NCBI GenBank assembly: GCA_945285405.1
Contig: CALYQJ010000003.1
Location: 2,761 to 66,760 of the forward strand
DNA length: 64,000 bases
Source of the DNA: an uncultured Lactobacillaceae bacterium
Lineage (GTDB): Bacteria; Bacillota; Bacilli; Lactobacillales; Lactobacillaceae
Direction of reading: 5' to 3'
The translations under genes and the position numbers were made by a program. Shown in pieces: positions 10,994-21,072 of this stretch. The notes under the pieces are model-generated. The model was not told the DNA's origin. It saw only the letters and a list, made by a program, of their open reading frames with translations, and ran no database searches. Positions within the stretch are counted from its first letter, which is position 1; every line of letters begins with the position of its first letter.

Positions 10994-11941
10994 TTATTTG
11001 TCAGATCTAATTGTTAAAGTTTGCAGATAATTAAATACTTCATTACCGGCAGTAGCTCCTTCACCAACTGCATTCGCAATTTGTCTTAAATCTTTTTTTC
11101 TAGCATCACCAATGCCATAAATTCCTGGAATTTTTGTAGCCATTGTTACCGAGTCACTTAAAATCCAGCCATTTTCATCTAATATACCTAAATTCTGAAA
11201 TGCTTCAGTTAAAGGAACTACTCCCACATAAATAAATACCCCTTTAGCCGGAACTTTCTTTAATTCTTTAGTAACTTTATCTTGATAAGTAACTCCAGAT
11301 ACAGAATTGCCATCGCCAACAATTGTTTGGACATCAGCATTCCAAATAAAGTGAATCTTAGAGTTAGCAAAAGCTTGATCTTGTAAAATTTTTTGAGCTC
11401 TTAGTTGATCACGTCGATGAATTATGGTTACTGAACGACCCAAGTTAGCTAAATAAATCCCTTCTTGTACTGCTGAATCACCACCGCCAATAACAACAAT
11501 ATCTTCATTTTTAAAGAAATTGCCATCACAAACTGCACAATATGATACTCCTCGACCGCTGTATTCTTCTTCACCAGGAATTCCAATCTTTCGATGTTCA
11601 GCACCAGTGGCAACTACTAAAGCCGGAGCGATAAAATTTCCTTCATCGGTAATTACTTTTTTATTTATTCCTTGAACTGTTACCTTATTGACCGTGCCAT
11701 AACGGTAATCGACTTGAAATTTTTTCACCCCTTCGTACATTTTCTGTGCTAAATCCGGACCCAAAATACTAACATAACCAGGATAATTTTCAACTGCTGC
11801 TGTATTATTCATTTGCCCGCCATAAATTCCTCGATCTAAAAGTAATACTTTTAGATTAGAACGGGCTGCATAGATCGCTGTAGTCATTCCCGCAGGACCT
11901 GCACCAATAATAATTACATCAAATTTTTGAGTTTCAGTCAT
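10994..11941 (-). CDS. trxB: Thioredoxin-disulfide reductase
   Basis: GAGPAG, CAVCDG active site and GGGDSA. Confidence 0.97.
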   Translation of the reverse strand: MTETQKFDVIIIGAGPAGMTTAIYAARSNLKVLLLDRGIYGGQMNNTAAVENYPGYVSILGPDLAQKMYEGVKKFQVDYRYGTVNKVTVQGINKKVITDEGNFIAPALVVATGAEHRKIGIPGEEEYSGRGVSYCAVCDGNFFKNEDIVVIGGGDSAVQEGIYLANLGRSVTIIHRRDQLRAQKILQDQAFANSKIHFIWNADVQTIVGDGNSVSGVTYQDKVTKELKKVPAKGVFIYVGVVPLTEAFQNLGILDENGWILSDSVTMATKIPGIYGIGDARKKDLRQIANAVGEGATAGNEVFNYLQTLTIRSDK

Positions 11942-12024
11942 TTATTTCTACCTCACAAGCTTACTATAAGTAAGAGCAATTTACATTATAACATCATTTA
12001 TTCATTAGCCAAAATTGTAGAAAA

Positions 12025-13038
12025 TTATTGAAATTCGGGCTTTAAATCACGATTCATTAATTTTTTTATACCTGTTTTTATATTATTATTTTCATATAAA
12101 ATTTCATAAAGTGCATCAACAATTGGCATTGATACATTCAAATCCTTAGCTGCAAAATGCACGGCTTGATCGGTATAAACCCCTTCGACAATTTGTCCCA
12201 TTTGCGCTAATACTTGATCAAGTGACTTTCCTTCTCCTAACTGGTTACCTGCACGCCAGTTACGAGAGTCATTACTGGTACAAGTTACAATTAAATCACC
12301 CAAGCCTGATAAACCACTAAAAGTTAATGGGTTAGCTCCTAATTTACTGCCAAATCGACTAATTTCAGCAAGTCCTCGGGTCATTAGAGCTGCTTTAGCA
12401 TTATCACCATATCCTAAACCATTAGCTATTCCTGCACCTAAAGCAATAATATTTTTCAAAGCCCCACCAATTTCTACCCCAACTACATCTGAATTAGTAT
12501 AAAGTCGAAAATAATCATTACCTAATAACCGCTGAACTTTTTCCGCAGATTTTAAATTTTTGGAAGCTACCGTCAACATTGTAATTTCTTTTTTAGCAAC
12601 TTCTTCAGCGTGTGATGGCCCTGAAATTACCACAACTTCTCCAAATTCTTTAACTGGTAATAATTGGTCTAAAACTTGAGATATTCTTAATTTAGTACTC
12701 AATTCAATTCCTTTAGCTGCATGAACTAAAAGTGGTTTAACCGTCATTTTCTCTAATTGAGGTTTAACTTTTTTTGCTACACTTCTAATAGCATTAGTTG
12801 GAACAACAAAAAGCACTAGCTCGACTGCAGCTAGCGCTTTACCTATATCAGTTTGCGCCTTGAGATGAGAGTGTAGGTGAAAATGCGGCAAATAATGCCG
12901 GTTGGTATGTTCTTGGTTAATCTCCTGAACGATATCTTGATTTCGTCCCCATAATTGAACATCATGACCATTTTCAACTAAAAGATTAGCTAAAACTGTT
13001 CCCCAAGAACCTGTACCTAATACCGCAATTTTACTCAT
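12025..13038 (-). CDS. gpsA: NAD(P)H-dependent glycerol-3-phosphate dehydrogenase
   Basis: GTGSWGT, SGPSHAEEV, GALKNIIA and GLGDLIVTC motifs. Confidence 0.96.
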   Translation of the reverse strand: MSKIAVLGTGSWGTVLANLLVENGHDVQLWGRNQDIVQEINQEHTNRHYLPHFHLHSHLKAQTDIGKALAAVELVLFVVPTNAIRSVAKKVKPQLEKMTVKPLLVHAAKGIELSTKLRISQVLDQLLPVKEFGEVVVISGPSHAEEVAKKEITMLTVASKNLKSAEKVQRLLGNDYFRLYTNSDVVGVEIGGALKNIIALGAGIANGLGYGDNAKAALMTRGLAEISRFGSKLGANPLTFSGLSGLGDLIVTCTSNDSRNWRAGNQLGEGKSLDQVLAQMGQIVEGVYTDQAVHFAAKDLNVSMPIVDALYEILYENNNIKTGIKKLMNRDLKPEFQ

Positions 13039-13051
13039 TAATGATCTCCTT

Positions 13052-13867
13052 TTAGTTAATATACCATTCTATTGTACCTTTTCGACGCCGATAAATAATT
13101 AAAATTATCGCACCAATAACTAAAACTAAAGCCAATATTTGAGATACTCGCAAATTACCCCACATTAACGAATCAGTTCTCATACCTTCAATAAAGAAAC
13201 GTCCAAATGAATACCAAATCACATAGGTTAGGGCAATTTCTCCTTGTTTAAAAAAATGTTTTCGATGTCTTAATGCAAGCAAAATTATAACTCCTAATAA
13301 ACTCCATAAGGACTCATAAAGAAACGTTGGTTGATAATAAACACCTTTAATTTGCATCTGATTAATCAACCAATCAGGCAAATGAAGATTGGCTAAAAAA
13401 GCACGAGTTGTTGGTCCACCATGAGCTTCTTGATTCATAAAATTACCCCAACGTCCTATCGCTTGAGCTAATAATACACCAGGTGTTATAACATCAAGAA
13501 TTTGCCACATATTTAAACCCTTATGATGACAATAAAAATAAATAACTAGTAATCCTGTGATTAAGCCACCATAAATTGCAATGCCTCCTTGCCGAATATC
13601 AAAAATGGCCATAAAGTCATCTGCGTAGTTTTTCCAATCAAAAACTACATAATAAATCCGTGCACCAACAAGAGCTATGGGTACAGCTAACAACAAAATA
13701 TCGTAAAAAGTATCTTCAGGTAGGTCTACTTTTTTGCCTTCTTTTAAAGCCATCAAAAAAGCAATAATAATTCCGCAAGTTATAATTACGCCATACCAAC
13801 GTATTTCAAGACCAAAGAATTTACCAAAAATCGGATTCAAAGCTGATAAAAGTTGATTATTCGCCAT
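13052..13867 (-). CDS. lgt: Prolipoprotein diacylglyceryl transferase
   Basis: IRWYG, GRWGNFMNQEAHG and PTFLYES motifs; multi-TM. Confidence 0.97.
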   Translation of the reverse strand: MANNQLLSALNPIFGKFFGLEIRWYGVIITCGIIIAFLMALKEGKKVDLPEDTFYDILLLAVPIALVGARIYYVVFDWKNYADDFMAIFDIRQGGIAIYGGLITGLLVIYFYCHHKGLNMWQILDVITPGVLLAQAIGRWGNFMNQEAHGGPTTRAFLANLHLPDWLINQMQIKGVYYQPTFLYESLWSLLGVIILLALRHRKHFFKQGEIALTYVIWYSFGRFFIEGMRTDSLMWGNLRVSQILALVLVIGAIILIIYRRRKGTIEWYIN

Positions 13868-14876
13868 CTTGGTTTAATTCATGATGCTTTTTTTGAGCTT
13901 CACGATCCTTTTCCAGTTGTTCAGGAGTTTCTTGTGCCTTATCTTGCTCCGAATTTTTAGCAATTAATTGTTTAAGATTTCTTTTAAATTTAAGTGCAGC
14001 ATCAAATCCCATCAATTTTGATCGATAATTCATTGCTGCAGCTTCAATAATACCAGGCACATCGCGTCCAACTTTTACTGGTACTGTTATCCGAGGGATT
14101 TTAATACCTAAAAAACTATCGGTTTCAATTTGAGTACCGATACGATCATAACGTGTATTATCTTTCCAATTGACTAATTCAACTTTTAAATTAATATCTG
14201 CTCGATCACGAACAGCAGCAACTCCAAAAAGATTCATGACATCAATAATGCCAAGCCCACGAATTTCTAAAAGATGTTTCAATACTACTGGAGGTTCCCC
14301 AATTAATGATGTTTGATTCAATTGGTGAATTTCAACTCGATCATCTGCAATTAAAATATGCCCACGTTTTAATAATTCTAAGGCTGTTTCACTTTTACCG
14401 ATACCTGATTCGCCAGTGAGTAAAACTCCTAAACCATAGATTTCTACAAAAACACCATGAACTGAAATTCGTTCAGCCAATCGATCACTTAAATATTGTT
14501 CCAACATACTAGACACTTGACTTGTTGCCAGTTTACTAGCAATCACTGGTATTCCATTAGACGTAGCTATTGCCATTAACTCTGGTGGAACTGGTAATCC
14601 TCTAGTTACCAAAAAAGCGGGAGTGTCTTGACTGCACATTGCTTCAAATGTTGCCATTCTATTTAAATGACTGTTAGATTCAATATAACTAATTTCTGTA
14701 CGACCTAGAACTTGTATCCGATTGCTAGGATAGTAATCAAAATATCCAGCTAATTCCAAACCTGGTCGGGAGAGATCACTCACTTTAACTGGACGTTCAA
14801 TAAAATCTATACCTGATTTAACTGTAAAATTAAGCTTTTTTACAACTTCACTAATTTTAACTGCATCAACTGTCAT
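13857..14876 (-). CDS. hprK: HPr(Ser) kinase/phosphorylase
   Basis: RPGLELAGY, GESGIGKSE, ADDRV and LEIRGLGII. Start refined to ATG 14876 after AAGGAG. Confidence 0.97.
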   Translation of the reverse strand: MTVDAVKISEVVKKLNFTVKSGIDFIERPVKVSDLSRPGLELAGYFDYYPSNRIQVLGRTEISYIESNSHLNRMATFEAMCSQDTPAFLVTRGLPVPPELMAIATSNGIPVIASKLATSQVSSMLEQYLSDRLAERISVHGVFVEIYGLGVLLTGESGIGKSETALELLKRGHILIADDRVEIHQLNQTSLIGEPPVVLKHLLEIRGLGIIDVMNLFGVAAVRDRADINLKVELVNWKDNTRYDRIGTQIETDSFLGIKIPRITVPVKVGRDVPGIIEAAAMNYRSKLMGFDAALKFKRNLKQLIAKNSEQDKAQETPEQLEKDREAQKKHHELNQDGE

Positions 14877-14922
14877 CAGCAACTCCTTATCTTTTTAGAA
14901 TATTATACCGAATTTTACTAAC

Positions 14923-15285
14923 CTATTTTTGAAAATAATCTTGAACTAACATATTTGCTAAAGAAAATATCAAGCCCAAAACTAAAGCACTTCCAAAACC
15001 ATTAATTGTAATATATTCACCATGCATCATTTGATTAACCCAAGTTGTACTTAGCTCTAATAACCCAGCATTAATGAATAACAAAAATGTTCCTAATGTA
15101 ATTATAGTTAAAGGAAAGGAAAAAAATTTTAAAATAGGTTTTAAAATAGTATTAACAATCGCTAAAAAGAATCCAGCTATTATACCAACTTGAACTGAGT
15201 GCACAAAAAGCATACCTGGTAAAAGGTATGCTGCAATCAAAAATACTAGTATATTAGTTCCTGTTCTTAAAATAAACTTAGTCAT
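14923..15285 (-). CDS. YvlD/LiaZ-like 4-TM membrane protein (Phage_holin_4_2-like family)
   Basis: VNTILKPILKFFSFPLTIITLG pattern; conserved position immediately upstream of hprK. Confidence 0.85.
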   Translation of the reverse strand: MTKFILRTGTNILVFLIAAYLLPGMLFVHSVQVGIIAGFFLAIVNTILKPILKFFSFPLTIITLGTFLLFINAGLLELSTTWVNQMMHGEYITINGFGSALVLGLIFSLANMLVQDYFQK

Positions 15286-15294
15286 AAATCAGTT

Positions 15295-15558
15295 TCAAAA
15301 ATTACTCCATTCATCATGATTCGTACGGTGTCGATTTTTTCGATCCTTTTTATTAACCACATACCAACCATTTCGATAATGATAATGATGTTTAAATTTC
15401 TTTCTGCCAGACAATAAATCAATTAGCCAAATACCAAGACCACATATCACAATAATACCAAAGATCTTAAAAAGAAAACCAAACAGAAAACCGGCAATTG
15501 AAAAGATAATACCCAAGAGTAAAGTTACTACGAAAACAGATATTAACAAACTAAACAT
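15295..15558 (-). CDS. Small membrane protein in the LiaY position, with a conserved DEWSNF-type tail
   Basis: Hydrophobic N-terminal half, basic C-terminal half ending HDEWSNF. Lies between liaX-like and yvlD-like genes. Confidence 0.65.
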   Translation of the reverse strand: MFSLLISVFVVTLLLGIIFSIAGFLFGFLFKIFGIIVICGLGIWLIDLLSGRKKFKHHYHYRNGWYVVNKKDRKNRHRTNHDEWSNF

Positions 15559-15560
15559 AA

Positions 15561-16907
15561 CTAATTAACTCCTTCTAATGAACTATCTTTTAAATAAACT
15601 GAACCAGAAATTGTACTAATTTGAAATTTAGCATCACCATTGCCATTGTGATTAATTTTAACTGATTTATAGTGCTTATCATGTTCAATAATATCAGCAT
15701 CACTTAACCGATGATTAATACTACCATTTTTGGTATCAGCTATAATTTTATAACCCAATTCTTTAGGAATAGAAATTTTAACATTACCATTAACCAAGTG
15801 AGCATCAATATTAGTAGTTTTAGAACTAATATTACTTAAAATAATGCTGCCATTAACATTAGAAACTTCCAAGTTAGTACAACTATTGTATGTACGAATT
15901 GAACCATTAGTTGTACTTAAGATTCCACTTTTTAACCAACTATCATTCACCGAAATTGAACCGTTAACATTATTAACCTCAGCATGATCTACATTAAAGT
16001 TATTAAAAGTAATACTGCCATTAGTAGCAACAATTATCAGATCTGTGATCTCTAAATCACTTAATTTAAAACTGCCATTTTTGCAACGTAAACGTGCACT
16101 AGCTAACTTAAAATCATGTGGAAAAATTAACTGAATATCTGCAGCAATCCGACGATGTAACTTAATATTTAAAGTTGCGCCATTTAACTGATTTATGGTA
16201 TTTTCCTCAAAAAACTCTTCAGGACTACTATTATGAATATTGCCATAAACTCGATAGGTTACTATTTCATGAATTTTCTGATCATTACCTTGCTTAATTG
16301 TGACATTACCATTAAAGTTTTTTAAATTTAAGACATTAATTTCTGTTGGGTCATATTCAAAACTAGCTTCAATTTTTTTAGTACGAACAAAACTAGGAAT
16401 TTTTATATTAAAATCTTGAAATTCAAAATTATTTGAAAAATTTTTAACACTATCTTTTATTCTTGAAGCAAAATCACGTGCTCCATCTTCTATATCACTA
16501 GAATCAAATCCAAAAAATTTATTATTTTGATTATTAAAAGATTTTTCATAATTTCTTTTTTCTAATTCTGCTTTAGCCAATTCGGATTTTAATTCAGATA
16601 AAGATTTATTTAACTCATCACGTTCAACGGCTTCATCATCATCTAATCTTTCAAAATCATCCAAAGTATTTAAAACCGTTAACCGTTCTTCAATTTGATT
16701 AATACGTTTTTTCAAATTAGCAATATAATCACTACTTGCATCATTTTGTTTATGATAAGTATTATTTTTTTCGTTAGAGGCCTGAGAATTATCCTCGTTA
16801 ACCTCTTCTGCGTTTTCTTGTCCTAATTTTTCCAATAAAACAATTGCTTCTTCCGAAGTGATAATCCCTTTTTTTACTAAATCCATGATCCTTTTACGTT
16901 CATCCAT
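15561..16907 (-). CDS. liaX: LiaX/YvlB-like envelope-stress protein with a C-terminal DUF4097 beta-repeat domain
   Basis: MDERKRIMDLVKKGIITSEEAIVLLE start, coiled coil, repeated (T/V)NGSI motifs. Start refined to ATG 16907 after GGAGG. Confidence 0.85.
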   Translation of the reverse strand: MDERKRIMDLVKKGIITSEEAIVLLEKLGQENAEEVNEDNSQASNEKNNTYHKQNDASSDYIANLKKRINQIEERLTVLNTLDDFERLDDDEAVERDELNKSLSELKSELAKAELEKRNYEKSFNNQNNKFFGFDSSDIEDGARDFASRIKDSVKNFSNNFEFQDFNIKIPSFVRTKKIEASFEYDPTEINVLNLKNFNGNVTIKQGNDQKIHEIVTYRVYGNIHNSSPEEFFEENTINQLNGATLNIKLHRRIAADIQLIFPHDFKLASARLRCKNGSFKLSDLEITDLIIVATNGSITFNNFNVDHAEVNNVNGSISVNDSWLKSGILSTTNGSIRTYNSCTNLEVSNVNGSIILSNISSKTTNIDAHLVNGNVKISIPKELGYKIIADTKNGSINHRLSDADIIEHDKHYKSVKINHNGNGDAKFQISTISGSVYLKDSSLEGVN

Positions 16908-16968
16908 GAATAATATAACCTCCAACTTCTTTACTCTTACATTATGAAGGGTTTCTAAGGATTTAACA

Positions 16969-16984
16969 TAAGTCTAGAGGCTGA
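16969..16984 (-). promoter_or_regulatory. LiaR/CesR-type response-regulator box upstream of the liaX operon
   Basis: TCAGCCT-CT-AGACTTA has one mismatch to TCAGHCTnnAGDCTGA and fits T-N4-C-N4-G-N4-A. It sits 22 nt upstream of a CATAAT -10 (16941-16946). Confidence 0.75.
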
Positions 16985-17000
16985 TTTTCGCTTTTTAGAT

Positions 17001-17669
17001 TTAAAGCATATTATCAGTATCTAAATCTACTAATTTTCCTTTAACAAGATAAACAATCCATTCGCAGATATTAGTGACATAATCACCCATTCGTTCAATT
17101 GTGTTAGCAACCAACATATAATTTGTATCTGTCTCAATTGTGTCAGCTTTTTTCTTCATATTCTTAAGACATCTCTTATATACACTTAAGGAAGTTTTAT
17201 TAATCTTTTGATCAGATCGTGCTATTTTAATTGCTTGATCTTCATCTTCTTTAGTAAAGGCCTTTAACACCTCGTCAAGCATTTTTTCCACATTTAGTCC
17301 CATTTCAGCAATTAATTTTTCAATTGAAACAATTCGTTCAATTTTTTTGAGCCGTAAAAGATACTTAGCTACACTAACTGCATGATCACCCATTCTTTCC
17401 AAGTCAGAACTTGCTTTCAATACTGTAACAATTAGTCTTAAATCAGAAGTTACAGGCTGTTGTAAAGCAATTAATTCCAAACTCTTTTTTTCTAATAACA
17501 TCTGAGCTTCATTAACTTTTAAATCTTTAGCAACTACTTTATTTGCTAAATCTAAATCTTGATTAAGATAAGCACCGATACTATTTTCAATTTGGTTTTC
17601 CACCATCTTACCCATTAGAGTGAATTCTTCATTCAATTTCTCTAATTCTTGATCAAAAGTTTGTCGCAA
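17001..17669 (-). CDS. phoU: Phosphate signalling protein PhoU
   Basis: ALQQPVTSDLR, DLERMGDHA and IERMGDYVTNICE motifs. Probable TTG start at 17669. Confidence 0.95.
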   Translation of the reverse strand: MRQTFDQELEKLNEEFTLMGKMVENQIENSIGAYLNQDLDLANKVVAKDLKVNEAQMLLEKKSLELIALQQPVTSDLRLIVTVLKASSDLERMGDHAVSVAKYLLRLKKIERIVSIEKLIAEMGLNVEKMLDEVLKAFTKEDEDQAIKIARSDQKINKTSLSVYKRCLKNMKKKADTIETDTNYMLVANTIERMGDYVTNICEWIVYLVKGKLVDLDTDNML

Positions 17670-17685
17670 ATTATACCTACCCTTC

Positions 17686-18438
17686 TTAGCCAAATCGCCC
17701 AGAAATATAATCCTGAGTTTCTTTTTTTTGTGGATTCAAAAACATTTTTGATGTTTTATCAAATTCAATTAATTTACCTTGCAAAAAAAATGCTGTCATA
17801 TCTGCAATCCGTGAAGCTTGATGCATATTATGAGTTACCATAATCATCGTATAATGATCTTTCATTTTTAATAATGTATCTTCAATTTTATTAGTTGAAA
17901 TGGGATCAAGAGCACTTGTTGGTTCATCCAGTAAAATAATTTCTGGTTTTACTGCCAACACTCGAGCAATACAAACACGTTGCTGCTGACCACCAGATAA
18001 ACCTAATGCTGAATCATTTAATTTATCCTTTACATCATCCCATATCGCCGCTTCTTTCAATGATTGTTCACAAATTTCGGATAACTTTCCTTTATCTTTT
18101 AATCCCGCTAATTTTAAGCCATAAACAACGTTTTCATAAATTGAAAAAGGAAAGGGATTCGGTTGTTGAAAAACCATTCCGACTTTTTTTCGTAACTTAG
18201 TTACATCCGTATTAGGAGCATAAATATCAGTATTTCCAATTAAAGTTTTACCTGTAATTGTCACATTAGGAATTAAATCATTCATGCGATTCAAGGTTCG
18301 TAAATAAGTTGATTTACCACAACCTGAAGGTCCAATTAGCGCTGATATCTGATTTTTTTCAAATTCTATCGAAATACTATGAAGTGCTTCAAATTTACCA
18401 TAATATAGATTTAAATTTGTTGTTTTAATAAGCGCCAT
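17686..18438 (-). CDS. pstB: Phosphate ABC transporter ATP-binding protein
   Basis: [26 protein letters not shown] and YISGRFG. Confidence 0.96.
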   Translation of the reverse strand: MALIKTTNLNLYYGKFEALHSISIEFEKNQISALIGPSGCGKSTYLRTLNRMNDLIPNVTITGKTLIGNTDIYAPNTDVTKLRKKVGMVFQQPNPFPFSIYENVVYGLKLAGLKDKGKLSEICEQSLKEAAIWDDVKDKLNDSALGLSGGQQQRVCIARVLAVKPEIILLDEPTSALDPISTNKIEDTLLKMKDHYTMIMVTHNMHQASRIADMTAFFLQGKLIEFDKTSKMFLNPQKKETQDYISGRFG

Positions 18439-18449
18439 TATCTATCCTT

Positions 18450-19253
18450 TTAACCAAAATGTCCTGACACATAATCATCAGTTAGTTTAATATGCGGATG
18501 AAGAAAAATATTTTTCGTCCGATCATACTCATAAACATCGCCTTGATGAAAAAAAGCCGTATAATCACTAATTCGAGCTGCTTGTTGCATATTATGGGTC
18601 ACAATAATAATTGTGTATTTATCTTTTAATTGAACCATTGTGTCCTCAACCGCTTGTGTTGAAACCGGATCTAAAGCACTCGCCGGTTCATCCATCAACA
18701 AAATATCAGGTTGCATTGCAATCGCACGTGCAATACAAAGTCGCTGAGCCTGGCCTCCTGATAAAGCTAGAGCGCTAGTATGCAATTTATCTTTCACTTG
18801 ATCCCAAAGTGCAGCTTGTTTTAGTGTTTTTTCTACAATTTCATCTAGTTTTTCTTTATTTCTTTCACCATGCTGTTTTAATGCAAAAGTAATATTATCA
18901 TAAATTGATTTAGCAAATGGATTGGGCTGTTGAAAAACCATGCCAATATGTTTACGCATTTCATAAACATCAATCTTATCTGAGTTAATATTTAATCCAC
19001 GATAATAAATTTTTCCTAATACTTTAGTACCATAGATATTATCATTCATTCGATTTAATGAACGAAGGTAAGTTGATTTACCAGAACCAGAAGCTCCAAT
19101 TAATGCCGATATTTTAAAGCGCTCAAAAGCTAATGATACTCCATGAATAGCTTCATGAGAACCATACCATACATGTAAATCATCTGTACTAATGGCAATC
19201 TCATTTCCTTCTTTATTAAGATCACGAATATAAGTTTCTGTATCAGTAATCAA
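18450..19253 (-). CDS. pstB: Phosphate ABC transporter ATP-binding protein (second copy)
   Basis: [26 protein letters not shown] and YVSGHFG. Confidence 0.95.
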   Translation of the reverse strand: MITDTETYIRDLNKEGNEIAISTDDLHVWYGSHEAIHGVSLAFERFKISALIGASGSGKSTYLRSLNRMNDNIYGTKVLGKIYYRGLNINSDKIDVYEMRKHIGMVFQQPNPFAKSIYDNITFALKQHGERNKEKLDEIVEKTLKQAALWDQVKDKLHTSALALSGGQAQRLCIARAIAMQPDILLMDEPASALDPVSTQAVEDTMVQLKDKYTIIIVTHNMQQAARISDYTAFFHQGDVYEYDRTKNIFLHPHIKLTDDYVSGHFG

Positions 19254-20164
19254 CTTTTAACCCCCGTCATATGCTGATAAATTCGATTACTAAGATAACG
19301 AGCTATAAAATTAAATAGTAGTACAGCAATAATTAGTACTGCTGAGGCTCCTGCAGAAACTGAACTTGCATCAGGAATCAAACCTTCGGAATTAACTTTC
19401 CAAATATGCACTGCTAAAGTTTCAGCTGGTCGAAATGGACTTAAAAAACTAGACAGATCAAAAATATTCCAATTACTAAAACTTATTGCAGGAGCACTTT
19501 GTCCTGCAGTATAAATTAAAGCTGCAGCTTCACCAAATACCCGGCCAGCTGCTAAAATCATTCCCGTTACAATATTCGGTAAAGCAGCAGGAACTACAAT
19601 TTTCAAAACAGTTTCAATTCGCGAAAGCCCTAATGCTAACCCAGCTTCTCTTTGAGTAAAATGAACTGTTTGTAAAGCATTTTCTACATTTGTCGTCAGT
19701 AAAGGTAAACTAAAAATTGTTAATGCCAATGCTCCTGAGAGCAAAGAAAAACCTAAGTTAAATTGTAAAACAAACAAAATAAAGCCAAAAAGTCCTACAA
19801 CAACTGATGGTAAGGAACTTAATATTTCAATAGTTGTTCGAATTAAATTAGTAAGGCGATTTTTTTTAGCATATTCTGAAAGCCAGATTCCTGCACCCAA
19901 TGAAATAGGAACTGAAATTAGCATTGTTAAAATTAATAAATAGAAGGAGTTAAATAACTGGATGCCGATACCACCACCAGCTTGAAATGGCTTAGACTTC
20001 CCAGTCAAAAAGTGCCAAGAAATATGAGGTAATCCCGTTACCAAAATATAAATTAATAGCGCTGCTAGAATCAAGACAATTAAAATCGCAATAACATAAA
20101 ATACTTTATAAGCAAGTCGATCGATTAATTGGGTGCGACGAGTTTTGGAATATTTATAATTCAT
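19250..20164 (-). CDS. pstA: Phosphate ABC transporter permease PstA
   Basis: SLPSVVVGLFG and GRVFGEAAAL motifs; multi-TM. Confidence 0.95.
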   Translation of the reverse strand: MNYKYSKTRRTQLIDRLAYKVFYVIAILIVLILAALLIYILVTGLPHISWHFLTGKSKPFQAGGGIGIQLFNSFYLLILTMLISVPISLGAGIWLSEYAKKNRLTNLIRTTIEILSSLPSVVVGLFGFILFVLQFNLGFSLLSGALALTIFSLPLLTTNVENALQTVHFTQREAGLALGLSRIETVLKIVVPAALPNIVTGMILAAGRVFGEAAALIYTAGQSAPAISFSNWNIFDLSSFLSPFRPAETLAVHIWKVNSEGLIPDASSVSAGASAVLIIAVLLFNFIARYLSNRIYQHMTGVKS

Positions 20165-21072
20165 TTCAAAGAACTCCTTTTACCAATCCAACGGACTAAT
20201 AAATTAAAGACTAATGACATTAATAGAAGTAATAACGCCAAAGACCAAATAGCATTATTTTCTAACGTACCCGATACGGAATTACCAATTCCCATTGTTA
20301 AAATTGAAGTTAATGTAGCAGCCGGACTTGTTAAACTCGTTGGCATTAAAGCTGCGTTACCAATAACCATTTGAACTGCAAGAGCTTCGCCAAAAGCTCT
20401 TGACATTCCAAATACTACTGCAGTCATAATCCCTGGTGTTGCAGCACGCCAGACAACTTTATAAATGGTTTGAAATTGAGTAGCCCCTAAAGCCAAAGAA
20501 GATTCACGGTAATTACGAGGTACTGAATTTAAAGCATCTGTTGTCATTGAAGTAATTGTTGGTAAAACCATTAAAAACAAAACCAAGGTTGCGGTAAAAA
20601 TGCCAAAACCACTTCCACCAAAAAGATGACGCGTAATAGGAACGAACACCGCTAAACCCACAAAACCATATACTACAGATGGAATTCCTACAAGTAATTC
20701 CATTACTGGCTGCAAAAATTTCTTACCAGTGCGTGGAGCAATTTCCGTCATAAAAGTTGCAGCACCAATAGCAAAGGGAGTCGCAATTATTGCAGCTAAA
20801 ACTGTAACGATAAATGACCCAAGAAACATTGGTAAAGCTCCAACTTGTGGTGGTTTTGCAGAAGGATTCCAATTAACACCAAAGAAAAAGTCAAAAGGGC
20901 TGACATGATTAACTACAAAAGTAGCTAATCCTTTTAAGCTCACAAATAAAATAATTGCAACTACCATTACCATGATTAAAAGAATACACAAAAAAGTAAC
21001 TAATTTACCAATTTTTTCTTGTTTCGCTTTTCTTGAAGTTTTCAGTAAACTCTCTTTAATTGGATCCATCAT
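20161..21072 (-). CDS. pstC: Phosphate ABC transporter permease PstC
   Basis: GIPSVVYG and RAFGEALAVQMVIGN motifs; multi-TM. Confidence 0.95.
   Translation of the reverse strand: MMDPIKESLLKTSRKAKQEKIGKLVTFLCILLIMVMVVAIILFVSLKGLATFVVNHVSPFDFFFGVNWNPSAKPPQVGALPMFLGSFIVTVLAAIIATPFAIGAATFMTEIAPRTGKKFLQPVMELLVGIPSVVYGFVGLAVFVPITRHLFGGSGFGIFTATLVLFLMVLPTITSMTTDALNSVPRNYRESSLALGATQFQTIYKVVWRAATPGIMTAVVFGMSRAFGEALAVQMVIGNAALMPTSLTSPAATLTSILTMGIGNSVSGTLENNAIWSLALLLLLMSLVFNLLVRWIGKRSSLK

Noticed and set aside
14923-15285. 'Phage holin' as evidence of a prophage
   Set aside because: It is a YvlD/LiaZ-type chromosomal gene in its conserved position next to hprK, with no phage genes nearby.
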